In this document: in pieces, positions 28,199-38,018 of the stretch
Position numbering within the stretch: position 1 is the first letter of the stretch
Layout: the number at the start of each line of letters is the position of its first letter
Virus record (IMG/VR): IMGVR_UViG_3300030116_007267
Span: 1-53,440 of that record
DNA length: 53,440 nt
DNA from: a virus
Taxonomy: Duplodnaviria > Caudoviricetes
Direction: 5' to 3' (one strand)
Program-made: the position numbers and the translations under genes
Notes under the pieces: generated by a model
The model's input: the letters and a program-made list of their open reading frames with translations, nothing else
The model's database searches: none
What the model was told of the DNA's origin: nothing

Positions 28199-28561
28199 TC
28201 ACATTTTTGGGTTAATTAACCCATCAGCAGAAAACTTTTTAACTGTACCATCTGCCATACGCACTTTAATGTCATTATTTTCATCAGCTAATGTCACTGC
28301 CTGTGCCTGATTCATTTTGACAATGCGTTTGCCATCTTGGCGTTTTAACAACTCTGGTTCTGTTAAACGAAAGTAAATTTGGTAAGGAGTCATGTCACCA
28401 ACTTCTTGTATCGTATAACCACCACCTCCATTTATTGAACTCTCTACCATACATCGAATATGGTAAGGAGTTACTCCCGCTAATAAATCAGGAACATTAA
28501 CTACTAATTGGGCCGCATACGCTTCTGCCTGATCAGCTTCGCTGCGGCCTATTAATTTCCC
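28199..28561 (-). CDS. Tail assembly chaperone GT extension (-1 frame)
   Basis: -1 frame open from the slippery site at 28561 through the ORF 28199..28450. Confidence 0.8.
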   Translation of the reverse strand, partial: GKLIGRSEADQAEAYAAQLVVNVPDLLAGVTPYHIRCMVESSINGGGGYTIQEVGDMTPYQIYFRLTEPELLKRQDGKRIVKMNQAQAVTLADENNDIKVRMADGTVKKFSADGLINPKM

Positions 28562-29181
28562 GCATCTGCTGACGAAACATCTTCTACAACGCCAGCCGCT
28601 GTAATCAAATCATCTGGGGACCAATCAAGAATTTCTTGCTTAGTTACATCTGGATGATGTTTTTGTAAACCACAATGGATGATGCAAGCCATGCCTTCAT
28701 ATGTCGATGTGGCCCACCATGCATCATAAGGAACTCGAACTGCTTTTGGCATCTGTTTCGTTATTCGATGAACGTCTTGAGGCGTAACTTGCTCTCTATC
28801 TAATGCAGTAGATAAATATCTTCTTGCATCTTCGTCATCAACATCAAAAACATCAGTCCATTCAAGACTAACCAATAGCTCTTTAATCTTTTTACTAATG
28901 GGCACTTTTTCACAATCATAAGCAACACGCATAGGCAAATCAGTAACTTCTAATTTAGAAGCTTTCGTCATCGCTTCATGCATCATTGCGTCACCATTGG
29001 GCAGCAAATCCATGTTGTCTGCCCAAGTTTTGATGTAATTGCGTTTGTAATATTGCAAAGCTTCTTTTTGAATTTCAGTCAATTGTTTTAACGACAGAGG
29101 ACTGACGTTATATTCAGTCCCCTTTACTGTTAAAACTTGACCGGCACCCAAAGTAGTAGCCATTTCACTACTAACACCCAT
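28552..29181 (-). CDS. Tail assembly chaperone G
   Basis: Between tail tube and tape measure; SD GGGGAGG before 29181. Confidence 0.8.
   Translation of the reverse strand: MGVSSEMATTLGAGQVLTVKGTEYNVSPLSLKQLTEIQKEALQYYKRNYIKTWADNMDLLPNGDAMMHEAMTKASKLEVTDLPMRVAYDCEKVPISKKIKELLVSLEWTDVFDVDDEDARRYLSTALDREQVTPQDVHRITKQMPKAVRVPYDAWWATSTYEGMACIIHCGLQKHHPDVTKQEILDWSPDDLITAAGVVEDVSSADAGN
28555..28561 (-). other. Programmed -1 ribosomal frameshift site G GGA AAT
   Basis: X XXY YYZ heptamer in the correct phase directly before the TAA of the chaperone gene. Confidence 0.85.
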
Positions 29182-29208
29182 AACATCCTCCCCTTGCAAA
29201 AACTAAAA

Positions 29209-29649
29209 CTATGATTGAGACGAGTCCGTAATACTCTTAACTGGCGCGCCTGCTTGTCCTGGACGATAGTACATGCCATCAGCACCCCAAGAAGATTCAT
29301 AGCCAACAACTTCAGCACTATCAATGTCGATAGTCATGTTGAAATCATTACACAAAGCTCTTGGGAAATTGAAATACTTAGTACCATTAATCCACAACGT
29401 AACATCAGCAACTACACCAACATAAATCAAAGACCATGGTTCGCTTGCTGTGTCATACTTTCCTGCTGCATTGAACGTTGCATCTAGCCGACCACGCAAA
29501 CGATTCGTGTAACCAGCACTATCCGAATCGCCCCATTCACTACTAGTCGCTAAAGTAGGATTTACATCCCAAGATGTAATTCGTGCCACCGTAGTTGCAC
29601 CAACTTGGATTTCCCCACTTTTTCCCGTAATACAATTAACTGAAGACAT
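29209..29649 (-). CDS. Major tail tube protein
   Basis: 146 aa beta-rich, ITG.SG.I / W...G..D pattern; position before the chaperones. Confidence 0.75.
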   Translation of the reverse strand: MSSVNCITGKSGEIQVGATTVARITSWDVNPTLATSSEWGDSDSAGYTNRLRGRLDATFNAAGKYDTASEPWSLIYVGVVADVTLWINGTKYFNFPRALCNDFNMTIDIDSAEVVGYESSWGADGMYYRPGQAGAPVKSITDSSQS

Positions 29650-29661
29650 TTATTTAAACTC

Positions 29662-30453
29662 CTATGGACCCGAAGTCGTCGAACTATACGACGACGATGA
29701 TTGTGAACTTGCAGAACTCGGTGAACTCGTAGAGGCTGTTGTGAAACTCTGTGAGCTTGAAGAATCAAGTTCAAGACTACTTGATGAAGTACTAGATACT
29801 GACGACGATGATGAAGTAGAACCTGTGGTGCTACTTCGTGACGAACTGGACGCAGACGAGGACGACGAACTCGAATTTGAAGACGATGAATCGTCTGCAT
29901 CATGGCGACCAACGACAATAATCGAATAGCCACAATCTGCGCCATTTGCCGTTAATTTGATTCTGTGATTACTTGCATCTGTAACCACAAATCCAGGATC
30001 TGCCACTGCCATCTTTGCAATCGCACCACCACCTGTAATACCACCACCTGTTGCTGCGGTATGCGTCCCCATTGGAGACCAGCCATTTGTAGAATCTGGC
30101 TCTACTTCTAATGTACCTGATGCTGTTCTAGCATTCGTATTAGCTACCGCTATATACACTATTTCAGCTAACGCCAATGTTTGACCTACAGGATCGCGAC
30201 CATCACCTGTACCACCATCGGTGCCAACAAAATCATAAAGATCAATAACTTCAGAAGCACCTGATGAAATTGATCCGTTGCTTTTGAAAAACACACGATC
30301 TGCTTCATTAACTTCAATGCCACTGGTCGGTTGATTTATACGATCCTGAGAAATAACCGCTTTACTAATATATTCGGCATTTGCACCAAACGTATTCTGT
30401 ACAGTAGTTGCCGCACTAATTGTTAATGTTGTGCTTTGTAAACTACGTGCCAT
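29662..30453 (-). CDS. Virion-region protein with a C-terminal serine tract (about 75 aa)
   Basis: Jelly-roll-like N-terminal domain followed by DDSSSS...; TAATG coupling with the upstream gene. Confidence 0.75.
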   Translation of the reverse strand: MARSLQSTTLTISAATTVQNTFGANAEYISKAVISQDRINQPTSGIEVNEADRVFFKSNGSISSGASEVIDLYDFVGTDGGTGDGRDPVGQTLALAEIVYIAVANTNARTASGTLEVEPDSTNGWSPMGTHTAATGGGITGGGAIAKMAVADPGFVVTDASNHRIKLTANGADCGYSIIVVGRHDADDSSSSNSSSSSSSASSSSRSSTTGSTSSSSSVSSTSSSSLELDSSSSQSFTTASTSSPSSASSQSSSSYSSTTSGP

Positions 30454-30944
30454 TATGACAATTCCCATCTAGGATTTTTAAACAGAGCATCAACACGAAC
30501 CGTATATTCTATAGCCCACATATACACACGTTGGTCCATCCTAGAACCTTGCGAAAAAGTATGCATTGTGCATATGTGTTGGCCCCCATCTATATTTAAT
30601 TCCAATTCGGTTTCAGTAGTATGCCCACCAAACACTTTTGAAACTTCTTCATTTAATAAATATGCAACTTCTTTAGCCGACTTTGAGCCTACTTGCTCTG
30701 CCCAAATTTCAAATCGAATAGGCACATCAACAGTTGCATGATGTTCATAAATATCGTGCCCAGACATCCGAGTAATAACAGTACTTTGCTCAATATTAAC
30801 TGTGCAAAATGGAAATGGATGTTCTGGATTAGCTACTGTGTCAAAAAAATATGGCGACTTGCCCCCATACTGCGAAAACGCATCGTCTAATTCACCATCA
30901 ACCCATGCTTGTGCAATCGCTTTATGTAATTGAGGTTCAAACAT
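30453..30944 (-). CDS. Tail terminator / completion protein
   Basis: P.PF....I, F.IW pattern; position. Confidence 0.65.
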   Translation of the reverse strand: MFEPQLHKAIAQAWVDGELDDAFSQYGGKSPYFFDTVANPEHPFPFCTVNIEQSTVITRMSGHDIYEHHATVDVPIRFEIWAEQVGSKSAKEVAYLLNEEVSKVFGGHTTETELELNIDGGQHICTMHTFSQGSRMDQRVYMWAIEYTVRVDALFKNPRWELS

Positions 30945-30947
30945 GCA

Positions 30948-31433
30948 CTAAACCTGATTTGCAAATTTTGCAAAATGTTTGGGGAACATTGATCTCATAT
31001 CTCTAAACAAACGAACAATAGTCGGTATTTCTTCTTTAATAGTTCGCATCATAAAAGAACGGCGTTTAGTAAATTCTAATTCGATATTGTAAGGCTCTGT
31101 GCCTGGAGGCAAACTGGAACCTACATAAAGAGAAAGCTGATCAGCAGTAACCCACGAATCAATGCCATCACGCAATGTGCCTGTTCTCATTCTTGGAAAT
31201 TCACCACGTTTACTTGGTCGACCATTTCTAGCAGGCTTGCTCAGATTTTCTTGAATTTGACCAGCTACATGATCTCCGATACGCACCAACACATCTAATC
31301 CAGTTTTGGCGATAATGAAATTGCCGTCTCCACCCTTCCAATCTAAAGAGCCTGCTCTCTGTATCACGTAATACTTGTTTTCTTTTTGATAATCAGACTT
31401 TTTTAACGTACCTTTTCGCTTAGTTTTTGCCAT
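30948..31433 (-). CDS. HK97 gp10-like neck protein
   Basis: PS..GE.P...TG.LR..I, LEF, R.FM. Confidence 0.7.
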   Translation of the reverse strand: MAKTKRKGTLKKSDYQKENKYYVIQRAGSLDWKGGDGNFIIAKTGLDVLVRIGDHVAGQIQENLSKPARNGRPSKRGEFPRMRTGTLRDGIDSWVTADQLSLYVGSSLPPGTEPYNIELEFTKRRSFMMRTIKEEIPTIVRLFRDMRSMFPKHFAKFANQV

Positions 31434-31445
31434 TCTAAGTCCCTC

Positions 31446-31475
31446 AGAGCCCCTCTAAGGGGCTCTTTTTATTTT
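31446..31475 (+). terminator. Hairpin with its U-tract on the plus (antisense) strand
   Basis: AGAGCCCCT-cta-AGGGGCTCT followed by TTTTATTTT. Confidence 0.55.
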
Positions 31476-31521
31476 AACAATAGATCAATGCCTATTTTTG
31501 AAAAACTTGTTAGCGAAGCCC

Positions 31522-32100
31522 CTAGCGATTCAAATTGTCTTTCCAAGCTTCAAAGTCTTTTTCGTATCGTGGCTGCGTATTTGGTACTTGTGAACCAGGA
31601 TTCAAAAGATAGTTTCCCGGCAAAGCATCTACATCATCCAATGTAAATTTGGGACCGCTTACCCACCGCGCCTCATCAGCATTTAGGATGTGATACACTT
31701 CACGACACAACGTCTTCATTCGATCTTTATCTAAGGTGCCTTGGCGTTTAGGAACGCCCTGCACAGGCTGCAAACCCTTTGCAATCAATCCACGATTAAC
31801 TGTGTCCAACTTAGATTCATCTTCAGCTAAAGGATCGACTATTTCATAGCTATATTCTGCTGGATTTACCTTCAAAATATGACCAGGAACCATTGGCAAT
31901 GTCGCCAACCCTGCGGCTTGATCAATCGGCGTCATTTTTTGCCCAGTACGTTGATCCGTAACTGTTTTGTTGGATTCAATCCGACCTCGCAAACGCTCAC
32001 CAGTAATGCTTGCTAACAGCAAATCGCCATTCCTAGGCGTATCTGCCTCAACTGAAAACATCGGTACGCTGCTCGTGTTTTTTTTAGTTGCTTCTACCAT
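31522..32100 (-). CDS. Hypothetical protein after the capsid gene
   Basis: 192 aa ORF with AGGGG SD. Confidence 0.75.
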   Translation of the reverse strand: MVEATKKNTSSVPMFSVEADTPRNGDLLLASITGERLRGRIESNKTVTDQRTGQKMTPIDQAAGLATLPMVPGHILKVNPAEYSYEIVDPLAEDESKLDTVNRGLIAKGLQPVQGVPKRQGTLDKDRMKTLCREVYHILNADEARWVSGPKFTLDDVDALPGNYLLNPGSQVPNTQPRYEKDFEAWKDNLNR

Positions 32101-32119
32101 TTAATTTTTCCCCTATGCG

Positions 32120-32190
32120 AAATAATAAAAATGCCCACCCACCCCAATCGCACAGGGGGGGATGCGATTTTAGGGGTAGGTGGGACATTT
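32120..32190 (-). terminator. Long imperfect hairpin plus U-rich tail after the major capsid gene
   Basis: TGTCCCACCTACCCC..AATCGCA...TGCGATTGGGGTGGGTGGGCA then TTTTTATTATTT. Confidence 0.7.
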
Positions 32191-32225
32191 CCGACAATTC
32201 TAAACCCCCACGACGAGGCTAGTCA

Positions 32226-33743
32226 TTAAGACGGAGCAGTCGTCGTTACTGCCGCTTGAGCACCACGTTCCAGTTGTCCACCGAATCGTGCCATAGCGGT
32301 AATCAACATGTTGTTACGACGCATCAGTTCATCGCCCTCGCGGCTTTCCGCGATTTCGAGTCCCTTACGACGATACATACGATAGCCACCCATCAGAGCA
32401 TAGAAGATCTGAGTGTTTGCAAGGCTTTCGTTGATCTTATAAGGAACGCCCATCCACTGATAATTCTGCGAGTAGTCGTTTCCATGGAGACGACGATCAT
32501 CAGAAGCACCAACTGGAAGCGATTTCATGCGCTGGTAGCTTTGCTCGGTTCCACAGAAGACTGCGGTATTACCGATAGCACGATGCTCGGCTTTGGCTAC
32601 GCCAAATCGAAGCAATTCGTAGTTACCCAACGAAGTAGTACTAGCAAAGTTGACACTCGTCGTGCCTGCTTTGTTCATAATACCTTCAGGCTGCGTAGTA
32701 CCGTTACCAGTAGCAATACAATCATCGAGATCTTCGAGAAGACGCTCACCATACTGCTGCGTAATGATGGTACCGAAATCAATCGGTGTATCAGACATAA
32801 AGTCCAAACCGACATGGATAGCACCCTGCCAACGATGGATCGTGGTATCGAATGCACTGACATACGAACTCGTGTTAAACAACGAGATCGAAGTATCATC
32901 TACACCACCCCACGATGCCGTTACGTTAGCTACCGATACGCCTTCAATGCGACGACCGCGATCAATCGGTACTTGATTGACGAGCGGGAACAATTCGCCA
33001 TTGAGAAGCGGAGTCTGGATAACCAAATCGTCAAAAACGATAGGTGCAGCTTCCGTACCACCCGAAGTAGCGTCATCGATCAACGCTTTAAAACCACCAG
33101 GAATGCCTTTCATCTGCTTACCATCTACGTCCCAATCCATGGACGTTCCGGCATAGTTCAGCAATTCTTTTTCGTGGTTAGGGAGGGTTTCAAAACCGAA
33201 CGTTGGCGCTCGGCCTTTAAGAAACGTGTTGAGCTTAAACTTCCACCAAGCACCTGCAACAGCCTTGTCGAGATCGCTAGGCGTTTCCATCTGGCGACCC
33301 GTTTCATCAACAACGGGCTGACCTGCCAACTTGTGGCGATTTCCAGACTTCGTGGTTTCGGGGAAATTCAAAGCGCTTTTCGATGTGTTGTACATCTCAT
33401 GTGCGCCTTTGACACGAATCTCAGCATCGCTGCTTTCTTGAGCGATGTCCGCAACGGCCTTCTCAACGGCAGGAGCTTCTGATTTTTCTTCCTGTGGTTG
33501 AGCAAAACTAGCCAAAGCATCACTAATCGATTGAATGGATTTCTCCATGCTTTCGAAGCGATTCTGTACTTCTGCGGCTTTTTCTTCTTCGGGATCAACT
33601 TGCAATTCAGCAAACTTATCCACAGACAACGTACCGTCTGCCAACGCTTTGGCGGCAGCAGCGCGAAAATCGTCATCAGATGCTGCATCAACAACATCAC
33701 AATTCTCAACGATCCACGCCTTAAAAAGACTGGTCAACTTCAT
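32226..33743 (-). CDS. Major capsid protein, HK97 fold, with N-terminal scaffold/delta region
   Basis: GG..AP, D......GNG..QPEGI, G.P...N; biased codon use; follows the protease. Confidence 0.92.
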   Translation of the reverse strand: MKLTSLFKAWIVENCDVVDAASDDDFRAAAAKALADGTLSVDKFAELQVDPEEEKAAEVQNRFESMEKSIQSISDALASFAQPQEEKSEAPAVEKAVADIAQESSDAEIRVKGAHEMYNTSKSALNFPETTKSGNRHKLAGQPVVDETGRQMETPSDLDKAVAGAWWKFKLNTFLKGRAPTFGFETLPNHEKELLNYAGTSMDWDVDGKQMKGIPGGFKALIDDATSGGTEAAPIVFDDLVIQTPLLNGELFPLVNQVPIDRGRRIEGVSVANVTASWGGVDDTSISLFNTSSYVSAFDTTIHRWQGAIHVGLDFMSDTPIDFGTIITQQYGERLLEDLDDCIATGNGTTQPEGIMNKAGTTSVNFASTTSLGNYELLRFGVAKAEHRAIGNTAVFCGTEQSYQRMKSLPVGASDDRRLHGNDYSQNYQWMGVPYKINESLANTQIFYALMGGYRMYRRKGLEIAESREGDELMRRNNMLITAMARFGGQLERGAQAAVTTTAPS

Positions 33744-33812
33744 TTTTATACCTCAAACTATGTTGACTTTTATTTAAACGGTTATCAGCACTTACTAATA
33801 ACCCGTTAAATC

Positions 33813-35267
33813 CTATAGAAAGTTTTTAAATGCCCGAACAATCAGGCTTTTATCTTCTTGAAGCAATACAGCTAAAACATCTGCAACTTGCTTCAAATCT
33901 TCAGGACTCGATTGGAACAACAAAGCTTTAGCGTCTTGAATTGTAAAGTTTGTTACATATTCAGTTTCATCTACAGTTTGTTCCAAAACCGCATACAACA
34001 AGTTGCAAGCACGTTCTAATGTGGCAAATTCACCTGTGCCTAAATCACAAACAGGTTGACCACTAGAATCTGTTTTACAAACTGCTGATTTAACTGCTTC
34101 AAGATCATCATAAACAGCTTTTAATTGCTGATATGTATTCTGCGAAAGCTTACTGTCAGCCTCTACAGATTTATACTCTTCATCATCATCAGATTCTTCT
34201 TCATCTACTTCTTTCTCATCATCTGATGATTCTTCTTCCTCTTCTTCCGCAAAAGGATTTTTCTCTTCTACTTGTTCGTCGGCAATTTCCTTTTCGGAGT
34301 CTTCTGAATCTTCTTCGTCTCCATGTTCATCTTTAGCTTCGTTTGCTCGTTCTCCGCAGCAGTTGCTGCATTCGCATTCTGAGCATCCGTTGCCAGAATC
34401 TTTGGCTTCTTCTGAAACGATTCCGTCTCCGATTGCCTTTTCATCTGCTGCATCATCGACTTGTTCGTTCTCATCTTCAGTAAACTCCGCTTCAACTGCG
34501 ACTTGAATTGGCATTTCTTGGCGAATATTTTTAGCGTACTCTGTAACCACTTGTGATTTCAAAGTACCTTTTTCACACAATTCAACCATTCGTTCAGACA
34601 TTTCAGCATCAACATTGCTAGGAACGCTAACTATCGATTCTTCCATGATTTCAAATGATTTAATATTAAAACCACCAGTTTTAACATCATCATCATCAAC
34701 CAACTCTTCCCAATCCAATGCTCTAAAGCCATGGGAAAAACGAGCCATGTCATTGTCGACCATCACAGCCGCATCATGACTTAACTCATTCATATCGACG
34801 ATTGCAGAAACCATAACCAAACGATCTTTTGTATGTTCTTCAACATACAATGCTTTACCAATCGGAAGATTATGAACATGCTGCCATAACAACAACATCT
34901 TGGGATCAGGTGATGCACCTTCGGTACGTAAAATATCACCGTCACGATCAATACGTGGAGTTGTTAAAACATGTTTAAAAACCATCAATGTATTTTTAGG
35001 CACGTCAAAAGAATATTCTTTTGCCGCATCTGCAATTGTCATTGATTTAGTCACTTGCATATCTTGATTAGAATGCACCAATGTACTTTTGGATTGCTGC
35101 AAACAATCAGCAAATGACTTTGTTTGAGTTGCTGCAAATTTATAGCAATTGTCGAGACCGATAGTTTCCTGAAGTGTGGAAACATAACGATCCGCAGTCA
35201 TTATGCCGTGATTAAATTCAGTTTGCTTGGTGCCGCGCTGTCGTACGGCATCTAGAAGTGATTTCAC
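33813..35267 (-). CDS. HK97-family prohead protease with acidic C-terminal extension
   Basis: DRDGD, LLWQH....PIGK, FSHGF, E.SIVSVPSN..A; GTG start with GGAGG SD. Confidence 0.88.
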   Translation of the reverse strand: MKSLLDAVRQRGTKQTEFNHGIMTADRYVSTLQETIGLDNCYKFAATQTKSFADCLQQSKSTLVHSNQDMQVTKSMTIADAAKEYSFDVPKNTLMVFKHVLTTPRIDRDGDILRTEGASPDPKMLLLWQHVHNLPIGKALYVEEHTKDRLVMVSAIVDMNELSHDAAVMVDNDMARFSHGFRALDWEELVDDDDVKTGGFNIKSFEIMEESIVSVPSNVDAEMSERMVELCEKGTLKSQVVTEYAKNIRQEMPIQVAVEAEFTEDENEQVDDAADEKAIGDGIVSEEAKDSGNGCSECECSNCCGERANEAKDEHGDEEDSEDSEKEIADEQVEEKNPFAEEEEEESSDDEKEVDEEESDDDEEYKSVEADSKLSQNTYQQLKAVYDDLEAVKSAVCKTDSSGQPVCDLGTGEFATLERACNLLYAVLEQTVDETEYVTNFTIQDAKALLFQSSPEDLKQVADVLAVLLQEDKSLIVRAFKNFL

Positions 35268-35278
35268 AGTAGATCCTC

Positions 35279-35575
35279 CTAACTGCCCAGACGAGCTTTG
35301 CCAGTAGCCCAAATTTTGGTCAACTGCTCAACTGCCGCCTCATTATCTTTATTGATTTTGCTCATCCAAGTAATGACTGAGCCAGTATCAACATTATCAG
35401 AACCTCTTGGCACCCCTTCGACTACAGCGCTGCGATCCCTACTGGCTCGCAATTGACGTAATCGTTGTTGTGATGCTTCGACGAGAGACATGACAACGGC
35501 AACATCAGCACGTTTAATTGTACGGATGACGTTGTTAAACGTTTTGTCCGCAAGTTCAACTTGAATATTACCCAT
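35279..35575 (-). CDS. Hypothetical protein, 98 aa
   Basis: ORF with AGGA SD. Confidence 0.65.
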   Translation of the reverse strand: MGNIQVELADKTFNNVIRTIKRADVAVVMSLVEASQQRLRQLRASRDRSAVVEGVPRGSDNVDTGSVITWMSKINKDNEAAVEQLTKIWATGKARLGS

Positions 35576-35596
35576 TTATTTAAATCCTGTTTTAGT

Positions 35597-36418
35597 CTAA
35601 GAGCTTGATGAACTAGTACTCTGCGAACTCATCGAACTTGTACTCGACGAACTTGAATTCGAGCTAGTTGAGATAGAACTGCTACTAGCTGACAAAGAAC
35701 TACTTGAAGACAAAGATGACGAGCTTTGCGACGAACGCGAAGAGCTTTGTGATGAACTAACAGAACTAGACTCTGAACTAGTAGAAATTGAGCTAGTAGA
35801 TGTCGATATTGAACTACTCGATGATGTGCTACTAGTCGAACTCTCCGAACTAGAGCTGAATGATGTAAGCGAACTTGCAGACATCGAACTACTAGATAAC
35901 GAACTGAACGAACTTTCAGATGATGACGACGACGAGTTGCTAGACGAACTTGACGACGAAACTGAAGAGGATGACGACGAACTATCAGATGACGAGCTTT
36001 GCGAACTAGACGACGAATTCGAAGAAGTCGAAATCGAACTTGACGACGAACTGTGCGAACTAGTTGAGATAGAGGACGAAGACAACGAGCTTTGTGAACT
36101 TTCGCTCATATCTTCCATCGAAAGTACACTAAGCCCATTACTAGATGGACCAGGAAAAAGCAATTCACCTGTAGAAAATAATAAAATTCTAGGCTCGCTT
36201 ACAGCGCCGCCAGAATGCGTATCAGTTACGATCAATTGATATATTTCATTAGTATTTAATGTTTGAGTCGTAACTTCAGTGCTACCGGATAAATTCGTAC
36301 TCACACTATTTGCTGGCATGGTATCATCACCAGCACGAGGCAAACGTTTAATAACTACGTTACGTTGTGATAACGAATTAGCCGGTCCAAGATATATAGT
36401 GACTTGTCGTTGTGCCAT
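35597..36418 (-). CDS. Head-region protein: FN3/Ig-like N-terminal domain plus about 165 aa serine tract
   Basis: L....IYQL.V pattern; serine tract runs to the stop codon. Confidence 0.75.
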   Translation of the reverse strand: MAQRQVTIYLGPANSLSQRNVVIKRLPRAGDDTMPANSVSTNLSGSTEVTTQTLNTNEIYQLIVTDTHSGGAVSEPRILLFSTGELLFPGPSSNGLSVLSMEDMSESSQSSLSSSSISTSSHSSSSSSISTSSNSSSSSQSSSSDSSSSSSSVSSSSSSSNSSSSSSESSFSSLSSSSMSASSLTSFSSSSESSTSSTSSSSSISTSTSSISTSSESSSVSSSQSSSRSSQSSSSLSSSSSLSASSSSISTSSNSSSSSTSSMSSQSTSSSSS

Positions 36419-36459
36419 GTTTTATATTCCGGTTTTGGACCAAATGACCAGTTAACTTT

Positions 36460-36666
36460 TTATTTTACCAAATTGTTTCTATATTCGATCACAATTTCTG
36501 TTCCAAACGGTTTTACAAGAACTGGTATTCCAGAACCTGCCCATTTCTCAACAGCTTGCCGAATCTTGTCAATTTCTTGAGTTGACAATTCTGGATCAGC
36601 GACATCAATTATGATTCGCGTACCTGGAGGTAACTCACAAGTACGAACGTTGACTAATCTTGCCAT
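36460..36666 (-). CDS. Hypothetical protein
   Basis: Coupled ORF (open to 36693). Confidence 0.6.
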   Translation of the reverse strand: MARLVNVRTCELPPGTRIIIDVADPELSTQEIDKIRQAVEKWAGSGIPVLVKPFGTEIVIEYRNNLVK

Positions 36667-36953
36667 TCCATTTTGACCATTGGTTGGTTGCAAAGCGTAT
36701 TATTGACATCCAACGTCCATTGCGCAACATCACGCAATGCCAATAATTCAGATCTAGTGTGTCTATAATCGCCTTGTTGAAATCGATAATGCATAGTACG
36801 CCAACGCTTACACGTCGATTTAAATTCTTCTGACATTGGTGGAGGCGTGCCGTGTGTTCGATGATGCCTATCCACCACGATTCTAAAACGATCTGTTACT
36901 TCGTTTGATAAGTACAAAGTATCTGGATTAGCTGCCTGTAGATTTTCGCTCAT
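36654..36953 (-). CDS. Hypothetical protein, 99 aa
   Basis: ORF with AGGA SD. Confidence 0.6.
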   Translation of the reverse strand: MSENLQAANPDTLYLSNEVTDRFRIVVDRHHRTHGTPPPMSEEFKSTCKRWRTMHYRFQQGDYRHTRSELLALRDVAQWTLDVNNTLCNQPMVKMEWQD

Positions 36954-37049
36954 CGCTTCCTAAAATGTTCTTTTAACATAAATGCATATATACGATTTCT
37001 AGTAGCCCTTCTGGGCATAACGGTACGTTTATCTATGAACAAGCGCTTT

Positions 37050-38018
37050 TTATTGCGCTGATTCATCTGTTTGGAATTCGTGCATAATTGTGCATAGACA
37101 GTTTATACGATGCTCTGGTGGCAAAGAATGGTGGGCAGGATAGGGAACTTCTATACCATCTAAGTCCCACATACCGTTTTCATTTTCAGGAACTCCATCC
37201 AAACTAGCATGTGGATCTCGGGTTGTTGGAAGCAACGCCGATACCCATATCGATTTAATTGGCAAATGCGCATCTTCTCGCAAAGATTTAACTGTTGCTT
37301 TACGAGCAGCATTTAAACCATTAGATACTTCAGTTTGACCAATCAAACGTCCTTTAATCTGTCTCCAGCTTTTACCAAAAACAGAACCTAAGAAATTTTT
37401 AAATTTACTAGTATTCGATTGTGTGCCAACACCATCTACTGTAAACATGCGCTGTGCTCTAATAACACCTCGCTCCACTTCTTCCTGTATGTGAAACGCA
37501 ATTTGATTCCAATAAGACATCAATGCCACAGCACCAAGAATTAAAGCAATTTCATTTAAGATACTTGGTGGCGTTTTTTGAACCTCTACGGCTAAATATT
37601 CCCATTCACCTTCTTCTAATTCTTCAATGGGAATTTGCAGCACTGCATTATCAGAAGGAGCCTTAGATTGTTGAACCAAATCTAAATACAGATTTGCTTC
37701 GCGGCTCATAGAAATTGCCAAAATGCGAATGGTTTCTTTTTTAAGATCACGTCCTAATTGATCTCTAATATCATCCGGCAATAAAGCAATTTTAATTTCA
37801 GATGTATCTATATTAGTTATGTCATCTGAAATTAAACCATCGACATTTTCAATCATATTGTCGACAGTTGTTTTTAGAAGAGAATCTACAACAGACGCAA
37901 CTTCACTAATCGTGCGTTCACGATTTCGCTCATATGCTTCTTTAGAAAGAACTCTAAAATATTTGGACGTTGTAGCTTGTACTGCCCTAGTTATCTTCTT
38001 TATCAGATTTCGATCCAT
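37050..38018 (-). CDS. Minor head protein (Mu gpF / SPP1 gp7-like)
   Basis: I.QTE, W......TR..H..LDG, YP......INCLC. Confidence 0.85.
   Translation of the reverse strand: MDRNLIKKITRAVQATTSKYFRVLSKEAYERNRERTISEVASVVDSLLKTTVDNMIENVDGLISDDITNIDTSEIKIALLPDDIRDQLGRDLKKETIRILAISMSREANLYLDLVQQSKAPSDNAVLQIPIEELEEGEWEYLAVEVQKTPPSILNEIALILGAVALMSYWNQIAFHIQEEVERGVIRAQRMFTVDGVGTQSNTSKFKNFLGSVFGKSWRQIKGRLIGQTEVSNGLNAARKATVKSLREDAHLPIKSIWVSALLPTTRDPHASLDGVPENENGMWDLDGIEVPYPAHHSLPPEHRINCLCTIMHEFQTDESAQ

Noticed and set aside
32256-33482. 408-aa antisense ORF over the capsid gene
   Set aside because: Codon-aligned mirror of a highly expressed gene that avoids TTA/CTA/TCA; no recognisable protein features
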